Positions 9,548 to 18,025 of a stretch of 64,000 nucleotides of DNA are shown in pieces; the first letter of the stretch is position 1, and each line of letters starts with the position of its first letter. A program made the translations under genes and the position numbers. The DNA lies in contig CAXYYS010000001.1 in NCBI GenBank assembly GCA_964293585.1, positions 5,755-69,754 on the forward strand, given 5' to 3'. Source of the stretch: an uncultured Acidaminococcales bacterium. Lineage in GTDB: Bacteria; Bacillota; Negativicutes; Acidaminococcales; Acidaminococcaceae. The notes beneath the pieces were generated by a model. That model saw only the letters and a list, made by a program, of their open reading frames with translations. It ran no database searches and was not told where the DNA came from.

Positions 9548-10206
9548 TTAAGATTGCTCCGTCAATCCTCTCGGCAGATTTTTCTAAGTTGGGCGAGGAA
9601 ATTAAAAAGATTGAGGCGGCAGGTGCGGACTGGGTCCACATCGACGTCATGGACGGGAACTTTGTCCCTAACCTGACTTTTGGCGCTCCCGTGGTAAAAA
9701 AGCTGCGCCCGGTGACCCAGCTGCCTTTTGACTGCCACCTGATGGTGGAACATCCGGAAACTTATATTGATGCCTTTGTGGAAGCCGGCGCCGATATGAT
9801 CGTGGTCCATGCGGAAGCGACCCAGCATCTGCACCGCTGCCTGCAGGCAATTCATGCCCACGGCATTAAGGCCGGGGTAGCTTTGAATCCGGCCACCTCT
9901 TTGAGTACCATCGAGTGGGTGATGCCGAATGTGGATTTGTTTTTGCTGATGACGGTGAACCCGGGCTACGGCGGCCAGAGTTTTATCACAACCATGCCGC
10001 CCAAGATCACCCAGCTGCGGCGTATGTTGCAGGCGGCCGGGCTGAATACGGATATCGAGGTGGACGGCGGCATTAACAAAAAGACGGCGCCACTGGTAAT
10101 TGCGGCCGGGGCCAATGTGCTGGTGGCCGGGTCCTATGTGTACGGCGCGGCTGATACCAAAGAAGCCATCGCTACTTTGCGCAGCGGTTTAGGCGAGAAC
10201 TGCTGA
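9544..10206 (+). CDS. rpe: Ribulose-phosphate 3-epimerase
   Basis: N-terminus MIKIAPSILSADF, plus HIDVMDG and VDGG. ATG 9544 overlaps the rsgA stop (ATGA). The ORF-track start at 9433 is an out-of-frame overlap extension. Confidence 0.93.
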   Translation: MIKIAPSILSADFSKLGEEIKKIEAAGADWVHIDVMDGNFVPNLTFGAPVVKKLRPVTQLPFDCHLMVEHPETYIDAFVEAGADMIVVHAEATQHLHRCLQAIHAHGIKAGVALNPATSLSTIEWVMPNVDLFLLMTVNPGYGGQSFITTMPPKITQLRRMLQAAGLNTDIEVDGGINKKTAPLVIAAGANVLVAGSYVYGAADTKEAIATLRSGLGENC

Positions 10207-10244
10207 AGCCAGGTGCTTCACAGAATCTTCTCAGGTCGTGCTGT

Positions 10245-10273
10245 TGACAGTACCGGTACCACTCATTATAATG
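10245..10273 (+). promoter_or_regulatory. Consensus sigma-A promoter of the rib operon
   Basis: TTGACA (10245-10250), a 17-nt spacer, then TATAAT (10268-10273). Confidence 0.8.
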
Positions 10274-10288
10274 AATATTGTAAGAACG

Positions 10289-10394
10289 TCTTTGGGGTTG
10301 GGAGCGTTTCCCTACCGGCGGTAAAGTCCGCGAGCCTTCGGGCATGATCCGGTGCGATTCCGGAACCGACAGTATAGTCTGGATGAAAAAAGAC
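10289..10394 (+). promoter_or_regulatory. FMN riboswitch (RFN element)
   Basis: P1 is GTCTTT...AAAGAC. Conserved blocks are present: GGGAGCGTTTCCCTACCGGCGGTAAAGTCCGCGAGC, GGTGCGATTCCGGAACCGACAGTATAGTCTGGATG. It lies upstream of ribD. Confidence 0.9.
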
Positions 10395-10410
10395 AGGACT
10401 GGCTAAGACA

Positions 10411-10446
10411 AGCGGTAAACCCCACAGGGGGTTTGCCGCTTTTTTA
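10411..10446 (+). terminator. Riboswitch expression-platform terminator
   Basis: AGCGGTAAACCCC / GGGGGTTTGCCGCT stem followed by TTTTTT. Confidence 0.85.
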
Positions 10447-10545
10447 TATGGTAGGGAAGGCCGCTGCCGGAAAAGCTGCGGTAGTAGTAAAGCTGGAGGC
10501 CGTTGCCAGGCGGTGGCGGTCTTACAGGTAGAGGAGGCTGACAGG

Positions 10546-11649
10546 ATGACCGATTTAGAATATATGCAGTTGGCGCTGGAACTGGCCCGGCAGGCGGAAG
10601 GCGAAACCAGTCCCAATCCTATGGTGGGCTGCGTCATCACCGACGCGGCGGGGAACATCGTGGGCCGGGGTTATCATCACAAGGCAGGGGAAGCCCACGC
10701 CGAGGTGAATGCCCTGGCGGATGTCAGGAAACACAAAGCCATGCCCCATACGGCTTATGTGACCCTGGAACCCTGCAGCCATTTTGGACGGACCGGTCCC
10801 TGCTGCGATGCCTTGCTTAGGGCAGGTATTAAGCGGGTGGTAGCGGCCCAGGAAGATCCTAATCCCAAGGTGTGCGGCCAGGGTTTTGCCCGGCTCCGCG
10901 CCGGCGGGGTCCAGGTGGAAGTGGGGCTATGTGAGGCGGAAGCCCGCCGTTTGAACGAACATTTTTTACGCTGGGTCACCACCCGGCGTCCTTTCGTCAG
11001 CTTAAAGTATGCCATGACCCTGGACGGGAAACTGGCCACGGCCGCCGGTGACGGGCAGCAGGTCACTGGCAGGGAGGCCCATGTGGAGGCGCATTATTTG
11101 CGCAAGATCCATGATGCCATCCTGGTAGGTATCGGCACCGTCCTGGCAGACGATCCGGAACTGACCACCCGGCTGGTGCAAGGTAAAAATCCGGTGCGGA
11201 TCGTGCTTGACAGCCAGGCCCGTATCCCGCTCACAGCACAAGTTTTGCAGGGCGGCACGACCACGATTATTGTGGTGGGACCAGAGGCGCCGGCGGCTAA
11301 GCTGGAACTGTTAGCCAAGCTGCCGGAGGTAGAGGTTTTAACTTTACCGGCGCCGGCAGGTAAATTGGATTTAGGAAAACTTTTAGATATTTTAGGTGAG
11401 CGCAAGCTGACCAGTCTGCTGGTAGAAGGCGGCAGCCAGGTCCACGGCAGTTTTGTGGATGCCGGACTGGTGGACAGGATTTATGCTTTTATCGCTCCCA
11501 AGGTGGTAGGCGGCGCAGCAGCACTGCCGCCCATTGGCGGTACGGGTCTGGCGGCTATGGCGCCGGGACTGCCGGTAGCCGTGGATACCACCAGGGTTTT
11601 AGGTAAAGATTTTTTGATCACAGGCCGGGTGACGGCCGGGGAGGTCTGA
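10546..11649 (+). CDS. ribD: Bifunctional diaminohydroxyphosphoribosylaminopyrimidine deaminase / 5-amino-6-(5-phosphoribosylamino)uracil reductase
   Basis: Deaminase motifs HAE and PCxxxxxxxxC (LEPCSHFGRTGPC), then a reductase domain. ATG 10546 follows GAGGAGG. Confidence 0.92.
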   Translation: MTDLEYMQLALELARQAEGETSPNPMVGCVITDAAGNIVGRGYHHKAGEAHAEVNALADVRKHKAMPHTAYVTLEPCSHFGRTGPCCDALLRAGIKRVVAAQEDPNPKVCGQGFARLRAGGVQVEVGLCEAEARRLNEHFLRWVTTRRPFVSLKYAMTLDGKLATAAGDGQQVTGREAHVEAHYLRKIHDAILVGIGTVLADDPELTTRLVQGKNPVRIVLDSQARIPLTAQVLQGGTTTIIVVGPEAPAAKLELLAKLPEVEVLTLPAPAGKLDLGKLLDILGERKLTSLLVEGGSQVHGSFVDAGLVDRIYAFIAPKVVGGAAALPPIGGTGLAAMAPGLPVAVDTTRVLGKDFLITGRVTAGEV

Positions 11650-11650
11650 A

Positions 11651-12331
11651 ATGTTTACAGGATTAGTAGCGGAGCTGGGCACGGTGCTCAGCCTGACGGA
11701 AGATGCACAGACCTGCCGCCTGGCCGTGCGGGCCCGGCAAGTTTTACCGGGTCTCAAACTGGGCGACAGCATAGCGGTGAACGGTGTGTGTCTGACGGTG
11801 GTGGTCTTAACCGGCAGCAGTTTTACAGCGGATGTGATGCCGGAAACTTTGCGCAGCAGTAATTTAGGCCAGCTGAAACCTGGCAGTAAGGTAAACCTGG
11901 AGCGCACGCTGCGTCCGGCGGACGGGCTGGATGGTCATCTGGTGCTGGGTCATGTGGAAGGCATCGGTACCATTGCCGGTATTACCAGGGAAGGCAATGC
12001 GGAAGTGTTCCGCATCACCGCGCCGGCAGATTTGCTGCGGTATATTATCCCCAAGGGTTCTATCGCCGTGGACGGCATCAGCCTGACCGTGACCACGGTG
12101 ACAGATCAGGATTTTGGCGTTTCCCTGATTCCCACCACCAGGAAAAGTACGACCCTGGGAGAGAAGGGCGTGGGAGGACAGGTAAACCTGGAAACCGATA
12201 TCCTGGCCAAGTATGTGGAGCGGATGCTGGCGGCGCGTTTTAGTCAGACGGCCGCAGCCGGCGGGTCTCGCCGTACCCAGGTGGAAAACGCAGGTCTGAC
12301 CGCGGAATTTTTAGCCAAAAATGGTTTTTAA
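11651..12331 (+). CDS. ribE: Riboflavin synthase (alpha chain)
   Basis: N-terminus MFTGLV.E.G and a duplicated lumazine-binding repeat ([13 protein letters not shown] / [12 protein letters not shown]). Confidence 0.92.
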   Translation: MFTGLVAELGTVLSLTEDAQTCRLAVRARQVLPGLKLGDSIAVNGVCLTVVVLTGSSFTADVMPETLRSSNLGQLKPGSKVNLERTLRPADGLDGHLVLGHVEGIGTIAGITREGNAEVFRITAPADLLRYIIPKGSIAVDGISLTVTTVTDQDFGVSLIPTTRKSTTLGEKGVGGQVNLETDILAKYVERMLAARFSQTAAAGGSRRTQVENAGLTAEFLAKNGF

Positions 12332-12411
12332 AAGCAGCAGGTCCTGCTGGTCCGGCAGGCCTGGCTGTACAGATAAACAGTAATTTTACAGAGAGAACAG
12401 AGGAGTTCAAG

Positions 12412-13632
12412 ATGGAAAATTTTAAATTTAACACGGTGGAAGAAGCTATAGCCGCTATCAAGGCAGGCCAGATGGTCCTGGTTACTGACGATGAGGACCG
12501 GGAGAACGAGGGCGACCTGATTACCAGCGCCAAACTCTGCACCCCGGAGCTAGTAAATTTTATGGCCAGGGAAGCCCGGGGGCTGATCTGTATGCCGGCC
12601 GCGCCGGAAATTATGGATAAGCTGCAGTTTGGCGCCATGGTGGCCAATAACACGGATAACCACGAGACAGCTTTTTCCGTGTCGGTGGATTATAAGGATA
12701 CCACCACCGGCATCAGCGCTTACGAGCGGGCCCGTACCATGCAGATGTGCGCGGACCCGGCGGTCCAGCCCGGCGATTTTCGCCGTCCCGGTCACTGCTT
12801 TCCGCTACGTTCCCGGGCAGGCGGCGTCTTAGTCCGCACCGGCCACACGGAAGCGACCACGGATTTGTGTAAGCTGGCCGGTCTGCCGCCGGTAGGCTTG
12901 TGCTGCGAGATCATGAAGGACGACGGCCATATGGCCCGGGTGCCGGATCTGATTAAATTTGCCCGGAAACACCAGCTGGTGTTTATTACGGTGGCAGAAC
13001 TGGTAGCCTACCGTAAGGCTCACGAAAAGATGGTGCACCGGGTAGCGGAAGCAGCCCTGCCCAGCAAGTACGGCACCTTCCGTATCATCGCCTACGAAAA
13101 CGACCTGGACGACCTTTGCCATGTGGCTCTGGTCAAGGGCGACGTCAAAGGAAAGAAAGATGTGCTGGTGCGGGTTCATTCCGAATGTCTCACCGGCGAT
13201 GCTTTCGGCAGTTTGCGCTGCGACTGCGGCGACCAGCTGGCCACGGCTTTAAAGATGATTGAAAAAGAAGGCTGCGGCGTGGTGGTGTACATGCGGCAGG
13301 AAGGCCGCGGCATCGGCCTGGCCAATAAGATTCGCGCCTACGCCCTGCAGGATCAGGGTCTGGATACGGTGGAAGCCAATGTACGTTTAGGTTTTGCCCC
13401 GGATTTGCGGGACTACGGTCTGGGCGCCCAGATCCTGGCGGATTTAGGCCTGACCAGTATCCGGCTTATCACCAACAACCCGGCGAAACGGGCGGGACTT
13501 TCCGGGTACGGCATCACGGTTTCGGACCGGGTGCCCATCATCATGGAGCCCAACCATTATAACGAACATTATCTGGAAACCAAGGAAGACAAGATGGGGC
13601 ATAAGCTGCATCTGCCTCAGGAAGGGAAGTAA
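12412..13632 (+). CDS. ribBA: Bifunctional 3,4-dihydroxy-2-butanone-4-phosphate synthase / GTP cyclohydrolase II
   Basis: DHBP synthase motifs ([15 protein letters not shown]) and GCH-II motifs ([19 protein letters not shown]). Confidence 0.93.
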   Translation: MENFKFNTVEEAIAAIKAGQMVLVTDDEDRENEGDLITSAKLCTPELVNFMAREARGLICMPAAPEIMDKLQFGAMVANNTDNHETAFSVSVDYKDTTTGISAYERARTMQMCADPAVQPGDFRRPGHCFPLRSRAGGVLVRTGHTEATTDLCKLAGLPPVGLCCEIMKDDGHMARVPDLIKFARKHQLVFITVAELVAYRKAHEKMVHRVAEAALPSKYGTFRIIAYENDLDDLCHVALVKGDVKGKKDVLVRVHSECLTGDAFGSLRCDCGDQLATALKMIEKEGCGVVVYMRQEGRGIGLANKIRAYALQDQGLDTVEANVRLGFAPDLRDYGLGAQILADLGLTSIRLITNNPAKRAGLSGYGITVSDRVPIIMEPNHYNEHYLETKEDKMGHKLHLPQEGK

Positions 13633-13637
13633 GCGTC

Positions 13638-14717
13638 ATGGCTAAGCCAGGAAATAAGAAACAGCTGCTGCCGGTACTTCTGGCAGCGGTGTTGATGTGG
13701 GGTCTGCCCTGGGCTAACGTTCAGGCGGCTAAGAAACCGGTTATTACCGCGCCCACTACTTCGGTGGCGGAGCTGCAGGAAGTTCTGGCTATCGAGGCCC
13801 AGGAACAGCCTGCGGCGGTTTCTGCCTACGAGCAGCCACTGGTGCATCCCGTCCGGGAACGTGGCTATCTCTGGCGCTACGAAGGCACCGGCACCGGGGG
13901 ACTGCCACGACGTTTCCGTACGGAACAGTATCCGTTAGCCAAAGCGGCCTGGACTCCCAGTACGGAAGGTCTGGCTGCCTTGCGCGTTTCCGGCAGCGCC
14001 AATCCGGGACGCAATGAGTTTAAACCCCTGCTGCAGACTTTACGCACGGCGGCAGGCCAGGGACCCATCTATATCGTGGATTTGCGCCAGGAAAGCCACG
14101 GGTATCTGAACAACGAAACCGTCAGCTGGTACGGCAAGGATAACCGGTCCAACGTAGGTTTAAGCACGGCAGCTATCCTGCAGGATGAAGCTCAGCGCCT
14201 GGCGGCTGCGCAGGGTAAGACCGTGGCGGCTACAGCTTTTGGCTGGGGAAAACCCACGGGAGGCAAAACTTTTACCGTGACCAGTTCCGAGACGGAAGCG
14301 GCAGCGGTGCAGGCAGCCGGCGGGCATTATGTCAGGTTCACCCTGACGGATATGCTGGCGCCTCAACCGGATCAGGTAGATGCCTTTTTGAAGTTTTACA
14401 AGCGTCTGCCTAAAGATGCCTGGCTGCATTTTCACTGTCAGGCCGGTATGGGACGGACGACGACTTTCATGACCATGGCGGACATTCTCCGCAATGCGGA
14501 CCGGGTGCCGGTGGAAGACATCGCAGCCCGGCAGTATCTCCTGAAGGGCGTGAACCTTTTGGAAGGCGGCAAGAAGGACAGCGACGACTGGCACGAGCTG
14601 GCGGCGGTGGACCGGGCCCGTTTCATCAAATATTTTTATGATTATGTGCAGGCGTATCCCCAGCTGAATAAGAGCTGGTCCGCCTGGTTGAGCAAACAAG
14701 CAGCAGTAAATAAATAA
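13638..14717 (+). CDS. Secreted protein-tyrosine-phosphatase-like phytase (PTP-like inositol polyphosphatase family)
   Basis: Sec signal MAKPGNKKQLLPVLLAAVLMWGLPWANVQA/AKK. CX5R(S/T) P-loop HFHCQAGMGRTT, with a TD general-acid region 30 aa upstream. From memory, the C-terminal region resembles Selenomonas ruminantium PhyA-type enzymes. It sits 5 nt after ribBA and 43 nt before ribH. Confidence 0.75.
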   Translation: MAKPGNKKQLLPVLLAAVLMWGLPWANVQAAKKPVITAPTTSVAELQEVLAIEAQEQPAAVSAYEQPLVHPVRERGYLWRYEGTGTGGLPRRFRTEQYPLAKAAWTPSTEGLAALRVSGSANPGRNEFKPLLQTLRTAAGQGPIYIVDLRQESHGYLNNETVSWYGKDNRSNVGLSTAAILQDEAQRLAAAQGKTVAATAFGWGKPTGGKTFTVTSSETEAAAVQAAGGHYVRFTLTDMLAPQPDQVDAFLKFYKRLPKDAWLHFHCQAGMGRTTTFMTMADILRNADRVPVEDIAARQYLLKGVNLLEGGKKDSDDWHELAAVDRARFIKYFYDYVQAYPQLNKSWSAWLSKQAAVNK

Positions 14718-14760
14718 GTAAATAAATAAACAGCGTTTAAAATGCAGAGGAGGAAACAAC

Positions 14761-15225
14761 ATGCAAACTTTAGAAGGAAAATTAACCGCGAAAAATATGA
14801 AGGTGGCCATCGTGGTGGCCCGTTTTAACGAATTTATCACCAGCAAACTTTTAGGCGGCGCTTTAGACTGCCTGACCCGTCACGAGGCGGAGGATAAGAA
14901 TATTACCGTGGCCTGGGTGCCGGGTGCTTTTGAGATTCCCCTGGCTGCCCAAACTCTGGCCGCTACCAAAAAGTACGATGCGGTAATCTGCCTGGGCGCA
15001 GTGATTCGCGGCGCTACCCCGCATTTTGATTATGTGTGTGCCGAAGCTTCCAAAGGTGTGGCCCAGGTAGCTTTGCAGCAGCAGGTGCCGGTGGCTTTCG
15101 GTATCCTGACCACGGATACGATCCAGCAGGCCGTGGAACGCGCCGGCACCAAGAGCGGCAACAAGGGTACGGACGCAGCGATGAGCGCCATGGAGATGGT
15201 GAACCTGCTGCGGCAGGTAAAATAA
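14761..15225 (+). CDS. ribH: 6,7-dimethyl-8-ribityllumazine synthase
   Basis: Motifs [14 protein letters not shown] and G.TPHFDYV. RBS GAGGAGG. Confidence 0.93.
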   Translation: MQTLEGKLTAKNMKVAIVVARFNEFITSKLLGGALDCLTRHEAEDKNITVAWVPGAFEIPLAAQTLAATKKYDAVICLGAVIRGATPHFDYVCAEASKGVAQVALQQQVPVAFGILTTDTIQQAVERAGTKSGNKGTDAAMSAMEMVNLLRQVK

Positions 15226-15226
15226 T

Positions 15227-16093
15227 ATGGCCCAGTTACCGGATATCTTAACCATGGGTACGGCGTCGGGCGTACGTATTTACGCCACCCGTACCACGAA
15301 TTTGACCCGTACTATTACCGAAAGGCATAAATGTTCCCATGTGGCCAGCGCCGCTTTAGGCCGGGCTATGGCCGGCGCCCTGCTGTTTGCCGCCACCATG
15401 AAGGACGGGGAGCGGGTTGGGCTGCGCTTTAAAGGCGACGGTCCTATCGGCGAGGTGGTAGCCGACGCAGAGAATTTCTGTGTGCGGGGCTATGTGGGCA
15501 ACCCGGATGTCTATCTGCCGCCCAAGAACGGCAAGCTGGATGTGGGCGGCGCCGTAGGTGCGGGCACTATTACCGTGACGCGCTACCGCAAGAATGCGGC
15601 GCCTTTTACCGGTTATGCCAACCTGGTCAGCGGCGAGATTGCCAATGATCTGACCAGTTATCTTTACACCTCGGAGCAGACGCCTTCTTCAGTGGCCCTG
15701 GGGGTTCTGGTAGCGCCCAGCGGTCAGGTCCTGGAAGCAGGCGGCTACTTTATCCAGGCGCTGCCGGATTGTGACGAGCACACCCTGGATATCCTGGACG
15801 CCAACGTGCGCCGTCTGCCCTATGTTTCCCAGATGCTGGAACTGGGGTACGGCCCGGAAAAGATGATTGAGCTTCTGGGACGCGGTCTGGAAACCCATAT
15901 TCTGGAAACAAAACCGGTGCAGTTTAAATGCCGCTGCAGCCGGGAACGGGTTTTACAAACTTTGGCGACGCTGCCGGCGAAGGATTTACAGGAGCTGGGG
16001 CAGGATGCCAAGACGGAAGTACATTGTCCTTTCTGCAACGAGACCTACCTGTTTAGCAAGGAAGAGATCCAGGCGTTGGCACAAGCTGAATAG
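15227..16093 (+). CDS. hslO: Hsp33-family redox-regulated chaperone
   Basis: C-terminal zinc centre CRCSRER ... CPFCNETY. It starts 1 nt after the ribH stop. Confidence 0.88.
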   Translation: MAQLPDILTMGTASGVRIYATRTTNLTRTITERHKCSHVASAALGRAMAGALLFAATMKDGERVGLRFKGDGPIGEVVADAENFCVRGYVGNPDVYLPPKNGKLDVGGAVGAGTITVTRYRKNAAPFTGYANLVSGEIANDLTSYLYTSEQTPSSVALGVLVAPSGQVLEAGGYFIQALPDCDEHTLDILDANVRRLPYVSQMLELGYGPEKMIELLGRGLETHILETKPVQFKCRCSRERVLQTLATLPAKDLQELGQDAKTEVHCPFCNETYLFSKEEIQALAQAE

Positions 16094-16101
16094 AAACTTT
16101 G

Positions 16102-16133
16102 GGACCAGCGGCTTTCCGGCGGCTGGTCCTTTT
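16102..16133 (+). terminator. Intrinsic terminator after hslO
   Basis: GGACCAGC (16102-16109) pairs with GCTGGTCC (16122-16129), followed by TTTT. Confidence 0.7.
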
Positions 16134-16154
16134 GCGCCGGCCGGTAAATTCTAC

Positions 16155-16184
16155 TTGACAAAAACGAACAACCGTTTGTATAAT
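16155..16184 (+). promoter_or_regulatory. recA sigma-A promoter
   Basis: TTGACA (16155-16160), an 18-nt spacer, then TATAAT (16179-16184). Confidence 0.75.
16165..16178 (+). promoter_or_regulatory. LexA (Cheo/DinR) SOS box inside the recA promoter spacer
   Basis: CGAACAACCGTTTG fits the Firmicute consensus CGAACnnnnGTTYG. Confidence 0.75.
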
Positions 16185-16220
16185 AAGGACAAGGATAGTT
16201 CTCACAGGAGGTAAAGATTA

Positions 16221-17297
16221 ATGGCAACAACTGAACGCGATAAAGATAAACAGCGGGCGTTAGACAGCGCCATGCATCAGATTGAAAAAGATTTTGGCAA
16301 AGGCTCCATCATGAAGTTAGGCGAAGCCAGCGCCAAGATGAACGTGGAAGTCATCCCCACCGGGGCCCTGACCCTGGATATTGCCTTAGGCGTTGGCGGC
16401 ATCCCCCGCGGACGTGTGACCGAGATTTACGGTCCTGAATCTTCCGGCAAGACCACCGTGGCCCTGCATATGATCGCTGAAGCCCAAAAACTGGGTGGCT
16501 ATGCGGCATTTATTGATGCGGAGCATGCTCTGGATCCGGAATACGCCAGACATTTAGGCGTGGACGTGGATAATCTGCTTATCAGCCAGCCGGATAACGG
16601 CGAACAGGCTCTGGAAATTTGCGACGCCCTGGTACGCAGCGGCGCCATCGATATTATCGTCATCGACTCCGTGGCGGCGCTGGTACCTCGCGCCGAGATT
16701 GAAGGCGAGATGGGCGATTCCCATGTAGGTTTGCAGGCACGGCTGATGAGCCAGGCCCTGCGTAAACTTACCGGCATCATCTCTAAATCCAAGTGCGCCA
16801 CCATCTTCATCAACCAGATCCGTGAGAAGGTGGGCGTCATGTTCGGTAATCCGGAAACGACCACCGGCGGCCGGGCGCTCAAATTCTATTCTACCATCCG
16901 GCTGGAGGTGCGCCGTATTGAGACCATCAAGAACGGTACGGAAAGCATCGGCTCCCGCACCCGGGTCAAGGTAGTAAAGAACAAGGTAGCGCCTCCCTTC
17001 AAGCAGGCGGAATTCGATATTCTCTACGGTGAAGGCATCTCCACCGAAGGCTGTATCGTGGACCTGGCGGCGGACATGGACATCATCCAGAAGAGCGGCG
17101 CCTGGTATTCCTATAATAATATGCGTATCGGCCAGGGCAAGGAAAAAGCCCGGGATTATCTGAAAGAGAATCCTCAGGTCTGCAAGGAAGTTGAGAAAAA
17201 GGTGCGTGACCTGACCATTAATAAAGTGGTAAGCGAAAGTGCAGGTGCGCCTGAAGATGCCGTGGCAGAAACCAAAGAAGAGCCTGACGACAAGTAA
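16221..17297 (+). CDS. recA: Recombinase RecA
   Basis: Walker [10 protein letters not shown]; FIDAEHALD; the sequence is highly canonical throughout. Confidence 0.98.
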   Translation: MATTERDKDKQRALDSAMHQIEKDFGKGSIMKLGEASAKMNVEVIPTGALTLDIALGVGGIPRGRVTEIYGPESSGKTTVALHMIAEAQKLGGYAAFIDAEHALDPEYARHLGVDVDNLLISQPDNGEQALEICDALVRSGAIDIIVIDSVAALVPRAEIEGEMGDSHVGLQARLMSQALRKLTGIISKSKCATIFINQIREKVGVMFGNPETTTGGRALKFYSTIRLEVRRIETIKNGTESIGSRTRVKVVKNKVAPPFKQAEFDILYGEGISTEGCIVDLAADMDIIQKSGAWYSYNNMRIGQGKEKARDYLKENPQVCKEVEKKVRDLTINKVVSESAGAPEDAVAETKEEPDDK

Positions 17298-17766
17298 TCA
17301 GGTTTATGAGTTTGCCTTAAAGCTGTTAGGCAACCGGGATTACAGCGAGCAGGAGCTGCGCAGCCGTTTACTAAGGCGGGGCGCTGCGCCCGAGTTTTGT
17401 GACCAGGCGGTGGCCAAACTGAAGGAGTATCATCTGCTGGATGAACAACGATACGCCCAAAAGGTGTATGAGGCCTGGCTGGACAAAAAAGTGTACGGCC
17501 GGCTGCATCTGCAGGCGGAACTGGTAAAAAAACAGGTGGAACCCCAGTATGTGCCGGCGATTCTGGCACAGTTTACCGGGGAGCAGGAAGAGGCAAGGGC
17601 CCTGGCAGCTTTTGCGGTGCTGGCCAGACGCAAGGACCAAAAATATGATTGTACCACGGAAAAAGGTGTGGCAGCCCTGGTTCGTTATCTGACCAGCCGC
17701 GGTTTTTCCGCACCGGCGGTGCACCGGGTCCTGGCGGAGGCCAAAAAACAGCTTCTGGAGCAGTGA
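17257..17766 (+). CDS. recX: Recombination regulator RecX (start uncertain: 17239 GTG, 17245 GTG or 17257 ATG)
   Basis: Three-helix repeat protein ([36 protein letters not shown]). It overlaps the recA 3' end and lies directly downstream of recA. Confidence 0.8.
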   Translation: MPWQKPKKSLTTSNQVYEFALKLLGNRDYSEQELRSRLLRRGAAPEFCDQAVAKLKEYHLLDEQRYAQKVYEAWLDKKVYGRLHLQAELVKKQVEPQYVPAILAQFTGEQEEARALAAFAVLARRKDQKYDCTTEKGVAALVRYLTSRGFSAPAVHRVLAEAKKQLLEQ

Positions 17767-17775
17767 ATTTTTAGA

Positions 17776-17806
17776 GAACAGGCGTTACAGGCGCCTGTTC
17801 TTTTTT
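17776..17806 (+). terminator. Intrinsic terminator after recX
   Basis: GAACAGGCG / CGCCTGTTC stem followed by TTTTTT. Confidence 0.85.
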
Positions 17807-17841
17807 ATTAGGTCTTTAGTACGATAATTCTCGCCTTTTAC

Positions 17842-17870
17842 TTGACTTTTGGACCTATTTTATTTACAAT
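17842..17870 (+). promoter_or_regulatory. Sigma-A-type promoter upstream of the rny leader
   Basis: TTGACT (17842-17847), a 17-nt spacer, then TACAAT (17865-17870). Confidence 0.65.
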
Positions 17871-17877
17871 TATATTG

Positions 17878-17997
17878 TCCAATCGTGTGTAATTAATGTT
17901 TGATGTTTCCTGCTTAGGCAGGAAGGCCCCGCATTAACTAAAGGGGCGGTTTTGCTTATTCCAAAAGGGGCAGCACGAGTTTGTTGCCCGCTTTTTT
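17878..17997 (+). ncRNA. Candidate ~120-nt structured leader or sRNA ending in an intrinsic terminator, upstream of rny
   Basis: Hairpins: TTCCTGC-TTAG-GCAGGAA (17907-17924), GCCCC...GGGGC (17926-17947), and GGGCAGCA-CGAGTT-TGTTGCCC followed by GC-T6 (17968-17997). It ends 12 nt before the rny SD. Confidence 0.35.
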
Positions 17998-18025
17998 ATG
18001 TTAGAACAGGGGGAGGTGAAAGTAA

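Noticed and set aside
14160-14846. A 228-aa minus-strand ORF antisense to the phytase gene and the ribH start.
   Set aside because: It is a shadow ORF of the well-supported + strand genes. It has no recognisable motifs or RBS and would run against the operon.
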